Source of the DNA: an uncultured Gammaproteobacteria bacterium
GTDB lineage: Bacteria; Patescibacteriota; Patescibacteriia; SG8-24
Reading direction: 5' to 3'
Length of the DNA stretch: 64,000 bases
Assembly: GCA_964626205.1 (NCBI GenBank)
Contig: CAZVED010000001.1
Location: 64,961-128,960, forward strand
Under the pieces are notes generated by a model. That model ran no database searches and was not told the DNA's origin. It worked only from the letters and a program-made list of their open reading frames with translations. Of the stretch, positions 12,170 through 21,341 are shown piece by piece. The position numbers were made by a program, and so were the translations under genes. The stretch's first letter is position 1, and each line of letters begins with the position of its first letter.

Positions 12170-12481
12170 ATGACCGATCAGGAATTCGACCTTAAGGAGA
12201 ACGTCATCGCCCAGCTTGGCCTGCAGGAGCTCCCTGAGAACAAGCGGGCGGAACTGCTCGACCAGATGGCGCAGCTCGTGGAGCGACGCGTGATGTTGCG
12301 TCTTATTGATGCGTTGTCCGAAGATGATGTCATCGCGATTGCCGAGCTCGAAGAGAAGCCGGAGGAATTGTTGGCGTACATGGCAACGAAGGTCCCGGAC
12401 ATCACCGCGATCATCGCCGAGGAGACAGAGAAAGTGAAAGCCGAATTGGCCGACGCAGCGAAGGATGAAGACGTGCTTTGA
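12170..12481 (+). CDS. small acidic hypothetical protein (103 aa)
   Basis: TTGCGA-N17-TATACT promoter (extended -10 TGCTATACT at 12130-12138), then ATG at 12170. Helical, glutamate-rich. Confidence 0.45.
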   Translation: MTDQEFDLKENVIAQLGLQELPENKRAELLDQMAQLVERRVMLRLIDALSEDDVIAIAELEEKPEELLAYMATKVPDITAIIAEETEKVKAELADAAKDEDVL

Positions 12482-12487
12482 CGCGCT

Positions 12488-12658
12488 ATGGCGGATGCAG
12501 TGCCGAAAGCAACATTGATTCAGCGGCTGAGCGATGCGCACGTGGTCGTTATGGAGGCTTTGCGGAAGCGGCAAGATGCGTTGCTGGTGCGTGTTATCGG
12601 TCGTATGGATCGTGAACGGGCGGAACGGATTGCAGACGATATCAAGAAAACGATGTAA
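12488..12658 (+). CDS. possible small protein (56 aa), unannotated in the ORF track
   Basis: ATG lies 7 nt after the preceding stop and the ORF ends 12 nt before the next ATG. Sequence MADAVPKATLIQRLSDAHVVVMEALRKRQDALLVRVIGRMDRERAERIADDIKKTM. Fits the tight packing of the locus. Confidence 0.25.
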   Translation: MADAVPKATLIQRLSDAHVVVMEALRKRQDALLVRVIGRMDRERAERIADDIKKTM

Positions 12659-12669
12659 GGTGAACGCCT

Positions 12670-15009
12670 ATGAAAGCACCTGAACGATCGGGAGCGCCGC
12701 AGTCACCGGAGCTTTCCGGTGACGAGACACCGTCGGAAAAATTGCAAAATGAGCAGGATACCGCACAGGGGAGCGGTCTTGAATTGGCGTTGACGCCGGA
12801 GCAGATTGCCGCGGAGAAGAAGGAACGGGCTGCGAAGGCTGCGCGGGCGGTCGAGTTTTCGCTGGCTGACAATAAGGGACGCGAGCGGATGTCTGCTGAC
12901 GCTGCGCGAGAGCGTGAAGATCGTGCCGAGCAGGAGGCGAAAGAAGCGGCGTTCGCCTTGGCGCGAAAATGGCAGGAGCGTGTTCATGCAGGAAAGAAGC
13001 GTATCGAAGAGAAGGCTGCGGAGGACGGGGGGTCGCTGGCACCAGATGAGCAGAAGGAGAACGATGCGATCGTTACGGAAGCAGAACGAGAGTTTGATGC
13101 GTTCAAGGATTCCATGGACGAGTTTGTCATCACCGACAAGGCTGGTATGGAAGAGGCGTTGGTTGCAGATTCCGGAAAGTGGGCGCGTCCTGCAGAGGGG
13201 GAAGGTATTGCTGCTACGGCGTCTGCTGGAGAGGCCGAAGTTGTGCATTCCGCGACACGCATCGAGGACCTCCGTACCTACGCCAAGGAGATGCGCACAA
13301 AACGTGAGACAGTCGCGACGTTGCGCGCCAAACTGACGAAGTACGACGGCATTGGCGGTATCCGTGCATTGCTGCCTGGCGGCGCTTCCGAGAAGTCCAT
13401 GCTTGCCGCAGAGCTCGTGGAAGCCGAGAAGGACTACGAGGCCATGCGTGCGGAGTACGTCGGTGAGAAGGCCTACCGCAAGAACAAGGAAGAAATGCTC
13501 CTCGCGGATGCTGCAGGTGCCGCTTTGACGAAGGAAAAAGGCGTGAGCGGAAAAGTCTACGACGCATACAAGTGGCTCGGCGATCAGAACCTCACCAAGC
13601 TCGGTTGGAAGCCGACGGGCAAGATCGGTGGTATGGTCGCGCGCGGTGTGAGCTTGCGTTCCGGCGTGAACATCGCCTTGATGGGCGGAGGTTTCGCGCT
13701 CGGTGGCGCTGTTGGGGTGGCCGCGACCATTCCCGCAAGGCGCGTCCTCGGAGGCATTTTCGGATCGGCAAGTTCCTTCGATGGCATGCGGCATTTCTTC
13801 GATCGGCAGAAGAGTCTGTCCCAGGCGGAAGTGAAGAAAATGGATTACGCGGAGCTGCTGTCACGCATGGATGCATTGCGTGCACAGGCGGCGACTGGAG
13901 GCCGTGCGGTTTCCAAGGATGCGGAATTTTTGCGCCTTAAGGCCGAGCTCGGCACGCGCGAGAAGTCGGCGCTGGAGCGCGGACTTCTCACGACGGAGTA
14001 TCTCGGAGAGGCAATGGATGCCGCGAATGATCGTCTCAAGAAGGTCGCGAAAAAGCGGGGTATTCGTGATGCTGCGCTTAAGGGAGTCGCGGTAGGGGTC
14101 GGAACCCTCGTCGGAACCGGAGTGCTCGCGGAGGCTGTCGGCGGCGTGGCGAAAGCCGCGACGAAGGTTGGAGCGGAGGCTGGTAAAATCGGGCTCGAGA
14201 TGGCGGACAGCTTTTTCGGTACGAACACGACACCTGTCTTTACGGAGCCTGTCATCACGGAAGCTGTAACGCTACCATCTGCGGCGGAAGGCGTTGTCGA
14301 TGCTCCGCCAGACATCATTCATGAAGCGCCTTCCGATGCGGTGTCGTCAGACATCCTTCCTGATGCGCCGCCTGAGGAGATTGCTGAGCCTGCATCGTCG
14401 GAGGTACCTAATGGAGACACGGAGCCTGCTGCTGAGGGTCCAGTATCGTTGGATGACGCGCTGCTGAAGCCGGGTGAAGAGGTCGGTGTGTCCGACGAGG
14501 CGCGCGATGCGGTTATTGCGAAGATCAAGGCCACACAGGGCGGCTTGCGTACGGGCGGCGATGTCGTTTCAGAGGTGCCGGTTCAGGATATCGCAGAGAC
14601 AGCGAAGACGACGCTTGAGAGCGGACGGTTTACGTTCGATGGGGGTCGTGCGATGTTCGAGACGGACGATGGTGGGCGTGTCATCAGCGTTGCTGTCGAG
14701 GGTAGGGCCTCTGGAATCCCGGGCGTACTGCGGAACGGATATGAGTTCGATATCGGGAAGCAATCAGACTATTACGGCATGGATGAGTCGTTTGCCGTGA
14801 ACATTGGGGAAGGAGAGGCGAGAGACCTGACATTGCAGATGAATGCCTACAAAGCGATGCTGGATGCGGGAAAGCAGGATACGCCGGAAGGGCGCTTCCT
14901 GGTACAGACCATCCGCGCAGGCGCCAATGATCTTCGGAGGAATTTCGGTGCGAAGATGCTGAAGCCGGGCGTCTTCACGACTATCGCGAAATGGACCGGC
15001 GGCGCATAG
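12670..15009 (+). CDS. large hypothetical protein (779 aa): charged coiled-coil N-terminal region, two glycine-zipper hydrophobic segments, acidic P/E linker, C-terminal globular domain
   Basis: Long ORF with normal codon usage for this genome. No signal peptide. Segments GVAVGVGTLVGTGVLAEAVGGVAKAATKVGAEAG and IALMGGGFALGGAVGVAATIPA. No recognisable catalytic motif. Confidence 0.6.
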   Translation: MKAPERSGAPQSPELSGDETPSEKLQNEQDTAQGSGLELALTPEQIAAEKKERAAKAARAVEFSLADNKGRERMSADAAREREDRAEQEAKEAAFALARKWQERVHAGKKRIEEKAAEDGGSLAPDEQKENDAIVTEAEREFDAFKDSMDEFVITDKAGMEEALVADSGKWARPAEGEGIAATASAGEAEVVHSATRIEDLRTYAKEMRTKRETVATLRAKLTKYDGIGGIRALLPGGASEKSMLAAELVEAEKDYEAMRAEYVGEKAYRKNKEEMLLADAAGAALTKEKGVSGKVYDAYKWLGDQNLTKLGWKPTGKIGGMVARGVSLRSGVNIALMGGGFALGGAVGVAATIPARRVLGGIFGSASSFDGMRHFFDRQKSLSQAEVKKMDYAELLSRMDALRAQAATGGRAVSKDAEFLRLKAELGTREKSALERGLLTTEYLGEAMDAANDRLKKVAKKRGIRDAALKGVAVGVGTLVGTGVLAEAVGGVAKAATKVGAEAGKIGLEMADSFFGTNTTPVFTEPVITEAVTLPSAAEGVVDAPPDIIHEAPSDAVSSDILPDAPPEEIAEPASSEVPNGDTEPAAEGPVSLDDALLKPGEEVGVSDEARDAVIAKIKATQGGLRTGGDVVSEVPVQDIAETAKTTLESGRFTFDGGRAMFETDDGGRVISVAVEGRASGIPGVLRNGYEFDIGKQSDYYGMDESFAVNIGEGEARDLTLQMNAYKAMLDAGKQDTPEGRFLVQTIRAGANDLRRNFGAKMLKPGVFTTIAKWTGGA

Positions 15010-15019
15010 GTCCTGATGA

Positions 15020-15053
15020 AAAAACACCCCCGGTCAGCCGGGGGTGTTTTGTT
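15020..15053. terminator. bidirectional intrinsic terminator shared by convergent genes
   Basis: aaaaaa-cacccccggtcagccgggggtg-ttttgtt. The minus-strand stop codon at 15034 lies in the loop. Confidence 0.8.
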
Positions 15054-16116
15054 GTAGGAAGCGGTACACGGCGCGAAACGTCTGGACGTAATGGACGGTG
15101 GGCTTGAGCAGGCCTGGACGCTTGCGGTCGATGCGCCAGGAGTGTTCTTGCGCCCACGTGTCACCATGACGGAGGAGTGCGCGATGCGAGTATTTCGGAC
15201 CGCCGTTGTAGGTAGCCGCGATGAATGCGCCGAGTTCTTCGTCGCCTGCCGCGATGAAGCGCGTGAGGCGCTTCTTCGGGAGGTCGGCGAGGATAGCGTC
15301 CGCGAGGCAGGTCTCCGCCATAGCGGCGTTCTCGTGATCGCGCATACCGCGGATGAAGTTCGGGTCGAGTCGCGCGCGACGGTAGGTCTGACGCATGCCA
15401 CGATACGTCTTCGGCATGAACTGGTATGCGCCACGCGCGCCGACCGGGGAGACGGCGTAGTCGAACGCGTCCCCGCGGTTCACGGCGAATCCGGTGAACG
15501 CACGGCGTATTGCCGTTTCTGGCGCAATGCCGGCAGCGATCTCTGGCGCTACGCGCTCCACGATGGGGAGCGCCATGAGCGTCAGGTTAGACACGAGCGT
15601 TCCGACCGTTTCTTTCGCATGGCCTGGGATCGTCGAGCGGACGCGGCGCTGGGCGAGTATGCTTCGTGCGGAGGACGTTACGTCTGCGAGGTAGGCGATG
15701 CCATCCTCGACGCGGACGTCGTCCGCGAGCTCGTCCGTTGCCGTGATGGTCGTCACGGCCTTGAACCATGGGCGCCCGGAATGATCGCGGACGTTCATGC
15801 GGAAGGCGAGCGTGACGTAGCCAGGCGGGTCGGTGACCTCGTAGACGGTTCCGACGCCGCCACCGCGCGCGGCACGGAGCGAGAACGCTGGGTCCGTGGA
15901 TGCGCCCTTCCAGACATTGATTGCTCGGACTGGTTCATTGGAACCGAGGAGCCATACCGCAACGACTCCGTGGGTCGCGCCGATGTATCGCGTACCGATG
16001 GGTGCACCATCGAGTAGGGTCACCGCTTCGGTCACCCGCGCGCCCGGAATGGACTGTGCCGTGGCTGGCAAGGTAGCGAGGAGGAGCAAGGCGCAGGACA
16101 GAATCAGGTGGCGCAT
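15034..16116 (-). CDS. secreted lytic transglycosylase-like protein (MltB/SLT_2-like C-terminal domain)
   Basis: Signal peptide MRHLILSCALLLLATLPATA. C-terminal GARGAYQFMPKTY resembles the MltB motif G..GQ.QFMPST. Confidence 0.55.
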   Translation of the reverse strand: MRHLILSCALLLLATLPATAQSIPGARVTEAVTLLDGAPIGTRYIGATHGVVAVWLLGSNEPVRAINVWKGASTDPAFSLRAARGGGVGTVYEVTDPPGYVTLAFRMNVRDHSGRPWFKAVTTITATDELADDVRVEDGIAYLADVTSSARSILAQRRVRSTIPGHAKETVGTLVSNLTLMALPIVERVAPEIAAGIAPETAIRRAFTGFAVNRGDAFDYAVSPVGARGAYQFMPKTYRGMRQTYRRARLDPNFIRGMRDHENAAMAETCLADAILADLPKKRLTRFIAAGDEELGAFIAATYNGGPKYSHRALLRHGDTWAQEHSWRIDRKRPGLLKPTVHYVQTFRAVYRFLQQNTPG

Positions 16117-16214
16117 GAGGCTCTCCGTATGATGGGAAATGAGCGGAATCGCAGGATATCCCTATCAAGGAAACGCCAACATGTCAATCCGTCTCCATGC
16201 TATACTTTTCTCAT

Positions 16215-17330
16215 ATGCGCATCGTCATGATCGGACAAAAAGGCCTTCCGGTGCGGAAGGATGCTGGGGGCGTTGAGCGACACGTCGAGGAACTCTCGAC
16301 GCGTCTTGCTGCGCGCGGCCATGAGGTTATCCTGTATGTTCGTGAGCGGTACGCGCCCGTTCCCGGCGCCATGACGCCGGACCGCGTAGAGATCCGCGTG
16401 GCGCCATCCATCCCCACGAAACACCTCGATGCCGTCACGTATTCCTTTACCGCAACGGTGCTTGCGCTGTTCGCTGGCGCGGACGTTTTTCATTATCACG
16501 GCATAGGACCGGCGACGCTCGCATGGATTCCCCGCATCTTCGCTCCGTTCGCGCGTGTGGTCGTGACGTTCCACAGCGTCGATCGGCGGCACGGGAAGTG
16601 GGGAGCGTTCGCCCGTGCGTACCTTGCGTATGCGGAATGGGCGGCACTCGTGTTTCCGCACGCGACCATCGCGGTTTCCAAGACCATTCAGGAGTATTGC
16701 AAACGTGTGCATCGAAAGGATGCCATCTATATTCCGAACGGCGCGAACATTGTCGCGTCGCGCGGAAACGACCGTCTCGCTCGATGGGGACTTACGCCGG
16801 AGCGGTACATTCTGACGGTCGCGCGACTCGTGCCGCAGAAAGGCATCCACCACCTCATCGCCGCATATGGCGGCCTTGAGACCGACATGCCGCTCGTCGT
16901 GGTCGGGGACGGGGGCGGAACGGAACCCTATGTCGCTGGGCTGCAGGATCAGGCGTCCGGATCAAGCTCGGTCATCTTCACCGGCTTCCAGTCCGGTGAG
17001 GCGTTGCGGCAGCTGTACGCGAACGCGTATCTCTATGTGCATCCGTCCGAAGCGGAGGGGTTGTCCATCTCCATTCTGGAAGCCATGGGCGCGGGCAGGT
17101 GTGTTCTTGTGTCCGATATTCCGGAGAACGTGGAGTCCATCGACCATAGCGGGCTCTCTTTTGCCAATGCGAACGTGGATGATCTCCGTGAGGCCATGGG
17201 GGAATTACTGCACCATCCGGAGATCGTCCGGGAGCGCGGTGAGCGTGCTCAGAGGTGGGTGCGCGAGGAGTACGACTGGGGCGTCATCACGACGCGCGTC
17301 CTTGCCGTCTATGGTCTCCGGCAGGCTTGA
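16215..17330 (+). CDS. glycosyltransferase family 4 (GT-B, retaining)
   Basis: N-terminal MRIVMIGQKGLP...GGVERHVEEL. C-terminal E...EGFG-like nucleotide-sugar binding half. Extended -10 TGCTATACT at 16198-16206. Confidence 0.7.
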   Translation: MRIVMIGQKGLPVRKDAGGVERHVEELSTRLAARGHEVILYVRERYAPVPGAMTPDRVEIRVAPSIPTKHLDAVTYSFTATVLALFAGADVFHYHGIGPATLAWIPRIFAPFARVVVTFHSVDRRHGKWGAFARAYLAYAEWAALVFPHATIAVSKTIQEYCKRVHRKDAIYIPNGANIVASRGNDRLARWGLTPERYILTVARLVPQKGIHHLIAAYGGLETDMPLVVVGDGGGTEPYVAGLQDQASGSSSVIFTGFQSGEALRQLYANAYLYVHPSEAEGLSISILEAMGAGRCVLVSDIPENVESIDHSGLSFANANVDDLREAMGELLHHPEIVRERGERAQRWVREEYDWGVITTRVLAVYGLRQA

Positions 17331-17390
17331 CCGGAGGCGCATCGTATGATAGGAGGAAGTGGGGGAAACCCCGTACATGAAGGAGGTCGT

Positions 17391-18974
17391 ATGGAAGATC
17401 TCACGGTCACCGGACTGCGCCGAAAAGCGCGCTATGTCTCGGTGAGTGACCAGCATCTCTCCGAGGGCGCCTTCATCATGGAGGAGGAGCGCCTGTCGTC
17501 GTGGGAGCGTCTTCGTCGCCGGATGCGCGGCGAAGAGATTCCCGTCGCCCGCGTGGCGAATCCGTTGGAGGACTTCCCGCACGACGAGGAGTTTTCCGCG
17601 TTCATGGACCGTCTCTGCGAAGAGGCGTCCGGGTACGATCGGACCACGCTCGTTCTGAATGGTGACAACTACGATTTCCTCGCGGTCCGCTGGAACGGTC
17701 GTTTCAAGGCGTCGGAGATCGAGTACGAGTACGAAGGTGTCGAGAAGATGCGTGTCATCATCGAGGGGCACCCCGTCTACTTCGACGCGCTGGCGCGGTT
17801 TCTCGCACGGCCGGACACGGAAATCGTGTTCCTGCCGGGCAACCACGATCAGCAGCTCATCTGGCCGGAAGTGCAACGGCTTATCGCTTGGCGCATCGGG
17901 GGTATCGACCCTGGTCGTCGCGCGCGCGTCGTCTTCGTGGATGAGGACGAGCGCGAGCATGGAGTGTTCCGGTTCGAGCGTGACGGCTTGCTCTTCGAGC
18001 ATGGTAACAACGCCGACCCGATCAACTCCACGCCGCCCAAATGCATCCGGCATCCGCGCTTCGGGCGCGGCAAGGGGCTTCCGTACATGGAGATGAACTT
18101 CGGCGCCCGCTGGTCCGAAGCCGTCAACCAGATGAAGCTCCGTAACGAGAAGATCGGACGGAACCACTACGCGGAAGGGTCGCACGTCTGGATCCACGCG
18201 TTGCTGTACTCGTGGGGCTGGTGCCGTACTGCGGCATACTGGTTCCTCGTGACAGTGTTCCGGCTCATCCTTCCGTTCTGGACCGAAGGTTGGCTGCGCC
18301 GCATGGGTCTCGTCTCGGCCGTGCTCGTAAGCACGATCTGGGAGGACAAGGGCGCGATGGACCGGTGGTTGGAGCGTATCCGACGTGCGAAGCCGGGCGT
18401 GAAAGTCATTGTCCATGGGCATACGCATGCCGCAGGGCGCAGGACGGAGGTGGTCGACGACGGATCCAAGCGGACCGTCACGGACATCAACACGGGCACG
18501 TGGATCAGCATGATCCGAGTGACCTGGCCGTCGTTCCCGCTCATGTGGGCGCGCTTCCGGTGGCTGGAGTTCCTGTTACGCGCCTTCGGTCGCTTCCTGC
18601 GGACCGGCAAGATCAGCAACGCAAGCAAGATCATCCGGATCGCATGGATGGTCACGGTCGCTGCCGCGCTCGTCCTGTTCCTGCTTGCGAACTTTCCGGA
18701 GGCAGGGAACGACCTGTTCTGGAATATCAGCCCGAACGACATTCGATGGCCTATCGGCATCGTGCTGACGTTCGTCCTGTTCGCCGCCGGCATCCGCATC
18801 TTCGCGGAGCGTCCGGACGAGCAGGTGTTCCGCAAGCTGACGTTCGCGGACATCTCCTACGGTGTCACTGAGACACCGGGGGAGGACGGAAAGACGCTCC
18901 GGACGTTTGATAGCCTCCGCGCGGATTGCATGGAGTGGATCCCGCAGGAATCGGCGACGCGGGAATGCGTCTGA
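17391..18974 (+). CDS. calcineurin-like metallophosphoesterase with C-terminal multi-pass membrane domain
   Basis: AAGGAGG Shine-Dalgarno then ATG at 17391. Phosphoesterase motifs LNGDNYDF (GDxxD), LPGNHDQ (GNHD) and VIVHGHTHAAG (GHxH). Four C-terminal transmembrane helices. Confidence 0.7.
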   Translation: MEDLTVTGLRRKARYVSVSDQHLSEGAFIMEEERLSSWERLRRRMRGEEIPVARVANPLEDFPHDEEFSAFMDRLCEEASGYDRTTLVLNGDNYDFLAVRWNGRFKASEIEYEYEGVEKMRVIIEGHPVYFDALARFLARPDTEIVFLPGNHDQQLIWPEVQRLIAWRIGGIDPGRRARVVFVDEDEREHGVFRFERDGLLFEHGNNADPINSTPPKCIRHPRFGRGKGLPYMEMNFGARWSEAVNQMKLRNEKIGRNHYAEGSHVWIHALLYSWGWCRTAAYWFLVTVFRLILPFWTEGWLRRMGLVSAVLVSTIWEDKGAMDRWLERIRRAKPGVKVIVHGHTHAAGRRTEVVDDGSKRTVTDINTGTWISMIRVTWPSFPLMWARFRWLEFLLRAFGRFLRTGKISNASKIIRIAWMVTVAAALVLFLLANFPEAGNDLFWNISPNDIRWPIGIVLTFVLFAAGIRIFAERPDEQVFRKLTFADISYGVTETPGEDGKTLRTFDSLRADCMEWIPQESATRECV

Positions 18975-18978
18975 TGTT

Positions 18979-19010
18979 GCCCGCACTCATCTTGAGTGCG
19001 GGCTTTTTTG
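18979..19010 (+). terminator. rho-independent terminator
   Basis: gcccgcactc-atcttg-agtgcgggc followed by tttttt. Confidence 0.8.
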
Positions 19011-19076
19011 TTGCCGATGGCACCTTGCCAATCGGGGAGGAAGAGGGGATACTGGGTGCACACTAACCACCACCTT

Positions 19077-19235
19077 ATGTCCAAGAAACCGTCGTTCTCG
19101 AAGTCCGTCCGCAAGCATATTCGCGTCCAGAAGGGCCTTATCCGTTCGACCGGAACGTCTGCCGAGCAGGCAAAGCGTATCACGGACCTCTACGCGAAGT
19201 TCGCACCGGCCGGTACGCCGCCGTATGCTCGATAA
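19077..19235 (+). CDS. possible small basic protein (52 aa), uncertain
   Basis: ATG-initiated ORF MSKKPSFSKSVRKHIRVQKGLIRSTGTSAEQAKRITDLYAKFAPAGTPPYAR. Its stop overlaps the translin-like start. No strong Shine-Dalgarno. Confidence 0.2.
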   Translation: MSKKPSFSKSVRKHIRVQKGLIRSTGTSAEQAKRITDLYAKFAPAGTPPYAR

Positions 19236-19800
19236 GGCGTACCTTGCCAGCATCCGCGAGCGCAAGGCTGCGACGTCTGAAGGGCGTCGGGAGATTATTA
19301 AATGCTCCGGCGACGCACTCAATGCCTCCAAGCGCGCGATTTTTTCGTTGCACCGTGGTGATACAGAGGGAGCTGATACGTTGCTCAAAGAGGCGGATAC
19401 GCTTTTTGCGCAGGCGCGCGAGCGCATTAAGGACATTCCGTCGCTCGACGGCGTCGGTGCCTATCGTGCTGGGTTGGAAGAATTTGTGGAAGCCACGCTG
19501 TACCGTCAGTTTGCCAAGGATGGTTCGGTCGGTACGGTGGAGTATCCGGATGTCGACGACGATATCTATCTTTCCGGACTCTGCGATCTGGTCGGCGAAT
19601 TGCAGCGGCGTCAGGTGAAGGCGGCAACGGACGGCGACATGGATGCGGTGGTGAAGATCAAGGACGTCATGGACGATATCATCGCATCGCTGCTTGCCAT
19701 CGACCTCGAAGGTACCCTTCGCACCAAGTTCGACCAGGCAAAGAACGCGATGCGTCGCGCGGAAGACGTCCTCTACGACGTGAAACTGCGGACGATGTGA
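19225..19800 (+). CDS. translin-family protein (191 aa)
   Basis: Alignable with archaeal and eukaryotic translin: ...AIFSLHRGD...EADTLF... and YLSGLCDLVGELQRRQ match the translin IRALHRGD / YLLGLADVVGELRR blocks. Stop overlaps the murD GTG start. Confidence 0.6.
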   Translation: MLDKAYLASIRERKAATSEGRREIIKCSGDALNASKRAIFSLHRGDTEGADTLLKEADTLFAQARERIKDIPSLDGVGAYRAGLEEFVEATLYRQFAKDGSVGTVEYPDVDDDIYLSGLCDLVGELQRRQVKAATDGDMDAVVKIKDVMDDIIASLLAIDLEGTLRTKFDQAKNAMRRAEDVLYDVKLRTM

Positions 19801-21287
19801 AGAAGGAGGCTGTCGCCACCACATCGGACTGGTTCCGAAACAAGCGTGTCACCGTCATGGGGCTGGGGCTCAACGGCGGCGGTTCCGGTATGGCACTGTG
19901 GCTCCTGCGTCACGGCGCAAAGGTGACGGTCACGGATCTTAAGGATCAGCATGCGTTGGCGTCATCGATCGCGACGCTCGAACGGGCATTCATCCGCGCG
20001 ACCCATCGCGGGGACAAGCGCCTGTTCCATCGTTTCACCTACGTCCTTGGCAGGCATCGCGAGGAGGATTTCCGCGATGCGGACATCGTCATCAAGGGGC
20101 CAGGCGTACCGAACGGCAATCCGTTCATTGTCGTTGCGGAAAAAGCCGGAGTTCCCGTCGAGACCGACGTGAGCTTGTTCTTCCTGCTCTGCCCGTTTCC
20201 GGTCATCGGTATCACGGGGACGCGCGGAAAATCCACCACGACCTCGCTTGTGGCGGACATGTGTCGCCGTCACGATCGCCGTGCCGTCGTGGGCGGCAAC
20301 ATCCGTATTTCGGTCATGGATGGTTTGGACAAGCTTCTCGCCATCTCGAAGCGTCGTGGCGCCAAGGCGCCGCCTATCGCGTTCGAACTGTCATCATGGA
20401 TGCTCGAGGGTCTGGAACCGCATCATCGTAGTCCGCATATCGCGGCGATTACGAACATCCTTCCGGATCATCTCAATCGGTATCGGAACATGGCGCACTA
20501 TGCGACGACCAAGGTCGGCATCATCCGGTATCAAGACAAGGGTGATGTCGCGGTGCTCAACGCCGATGATGCGCGCGTCGTCGCTGCGGCAAAACGCACG
20601 AAGGCGCAGGTGCGCTGGTGCTCCGCCAAGCCGCTCGCGAAGGGTCGCGACGGGGGATTCCTCAAGAACGGCAACCTGATGCTCCGCGACGACGGTCGCG
20701 ACATCCTGCTCGTTCCACGGAACGCCTTGCGCGTTCCAGGCAGCCACAATGCGATGAACGCCGTCATGGCCGCGGTCATCGCGCATGCCGCAGGGGTTCC
20801 GTTGCAGCACATCCGTGGCGCCATTCGCGCGTTCAAGGGTATTCCCGGACGCATTGAGACGGTCGCAATCAAGGGTGGGGTTACGTTCGTGAACGACACG
20901 ACCGCCACGTCGCCGGATGGCGTCATCGCGGCACTCGACGCGCTCGCTGAGGGCGGAAATAGGGGTCGCATCATCCTTATCGGTGGCGGCACAGACAAGA
21001 ACCTCGTATTCGGGGAGTGGGCAAAGGAGGTTCGTAAACGCGTTGCGCATCTCGTACTTTTCGATGGTACGGCGACGGTCAAGATGGAAGCCGCACTTCG
21101 TAAGGCTGGAGGATTCGCGGCTACAGTCGGCGCTCGCGACATGGGCGAGGCTGTGCGTATCGCGGCAGGACTTGCGCAGAAAGGCGATACTGTTCTTCTT
21201 TCGCCGGGCTGTGCGAGCTTCGGACTGTTCATCAACGAGTTCGATCGCGGTGACCGGTTCGTGCGGGCTGTCCGGCGGATGCGGTGA
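19797..21287 (+). CDS. murD: UDP-N-acetylmuramoylalanine--D-glutamate ligase MurD
   Basis: N-terminal Rossmann region VTVMGLGLNGGGSGMALWLLRHGAKVTVTD. Mur ligase P-loop GITGTRGKSTTTS. GTG start overlaps the translin stop (GTGA). Confidence 0.85.
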   Translation: MKKEAVATTSDWFRNKRVTVMGLGLNGGGSGMALWLLRHGAKVTVTDLKDQHALASSIATLERAFIRATHRGDKRLFHRFTYVLGRHREEDFRDADIVIKGPGVPNGNPFIVVAEKAGVPVETDVSLFFLLCPFPVIGITGTRGKSTTTSLVADMCRRHDRRAVVGGNIRISVMDGLDKLLAISKRRGAKAPPIAFELSSWMLEGLEPHHRSPHIAAITNILPDHLNRYRNMAHYATTKVGIIRYQDKGDVAVLNADDARVVAAAKRTKAQVRWCSAKPLAKGRDGGFLKNGNLMLRDDGRDILLVPRNALRVPGSHNAMNAVMAAVIAHAAGVPLQHIRGAIRAFKGIPGRIETVAIKGGVTFVNDTTATSPDGVIAALDALAEGGNRGRIILIGGGTDKNLVFGEWAKEVRKRVAHLVLFDGTATVKMEAALRKAGGFAATVGARDMGEAVRIAAGLAQKGDTVLLSPGCASFGLFINEFDRGDRFVRAVRRMR

Positions 21288-21302
21288 GGGTCCTAGAAAA
21301 GA

Positions 21303-21340
21303 AAAACGCCCCGCACCAGTGATGGTGCGGGGCTTTCGTT
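21303..21340. terminator. bidirectional intrinsic terminator (murD on plus, helicase on minus)
   Basis: gaaaaac-gccccgcacc-agtgat-ggtgcggggc-tttcgtt. Confidence 0.75.
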
Positions 21341-21341
21341 G

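Noticed and set aside
10742-16116. Prophage remnant (tape-measure-like 779-aa protein plus lytic transglycosylase)
   Set aside because: No capsid, portal, terminase, integrase or attachment-site signatures. The transglycosylase is convergent and carries a signal peptide typical of a housekeeping autolysin.
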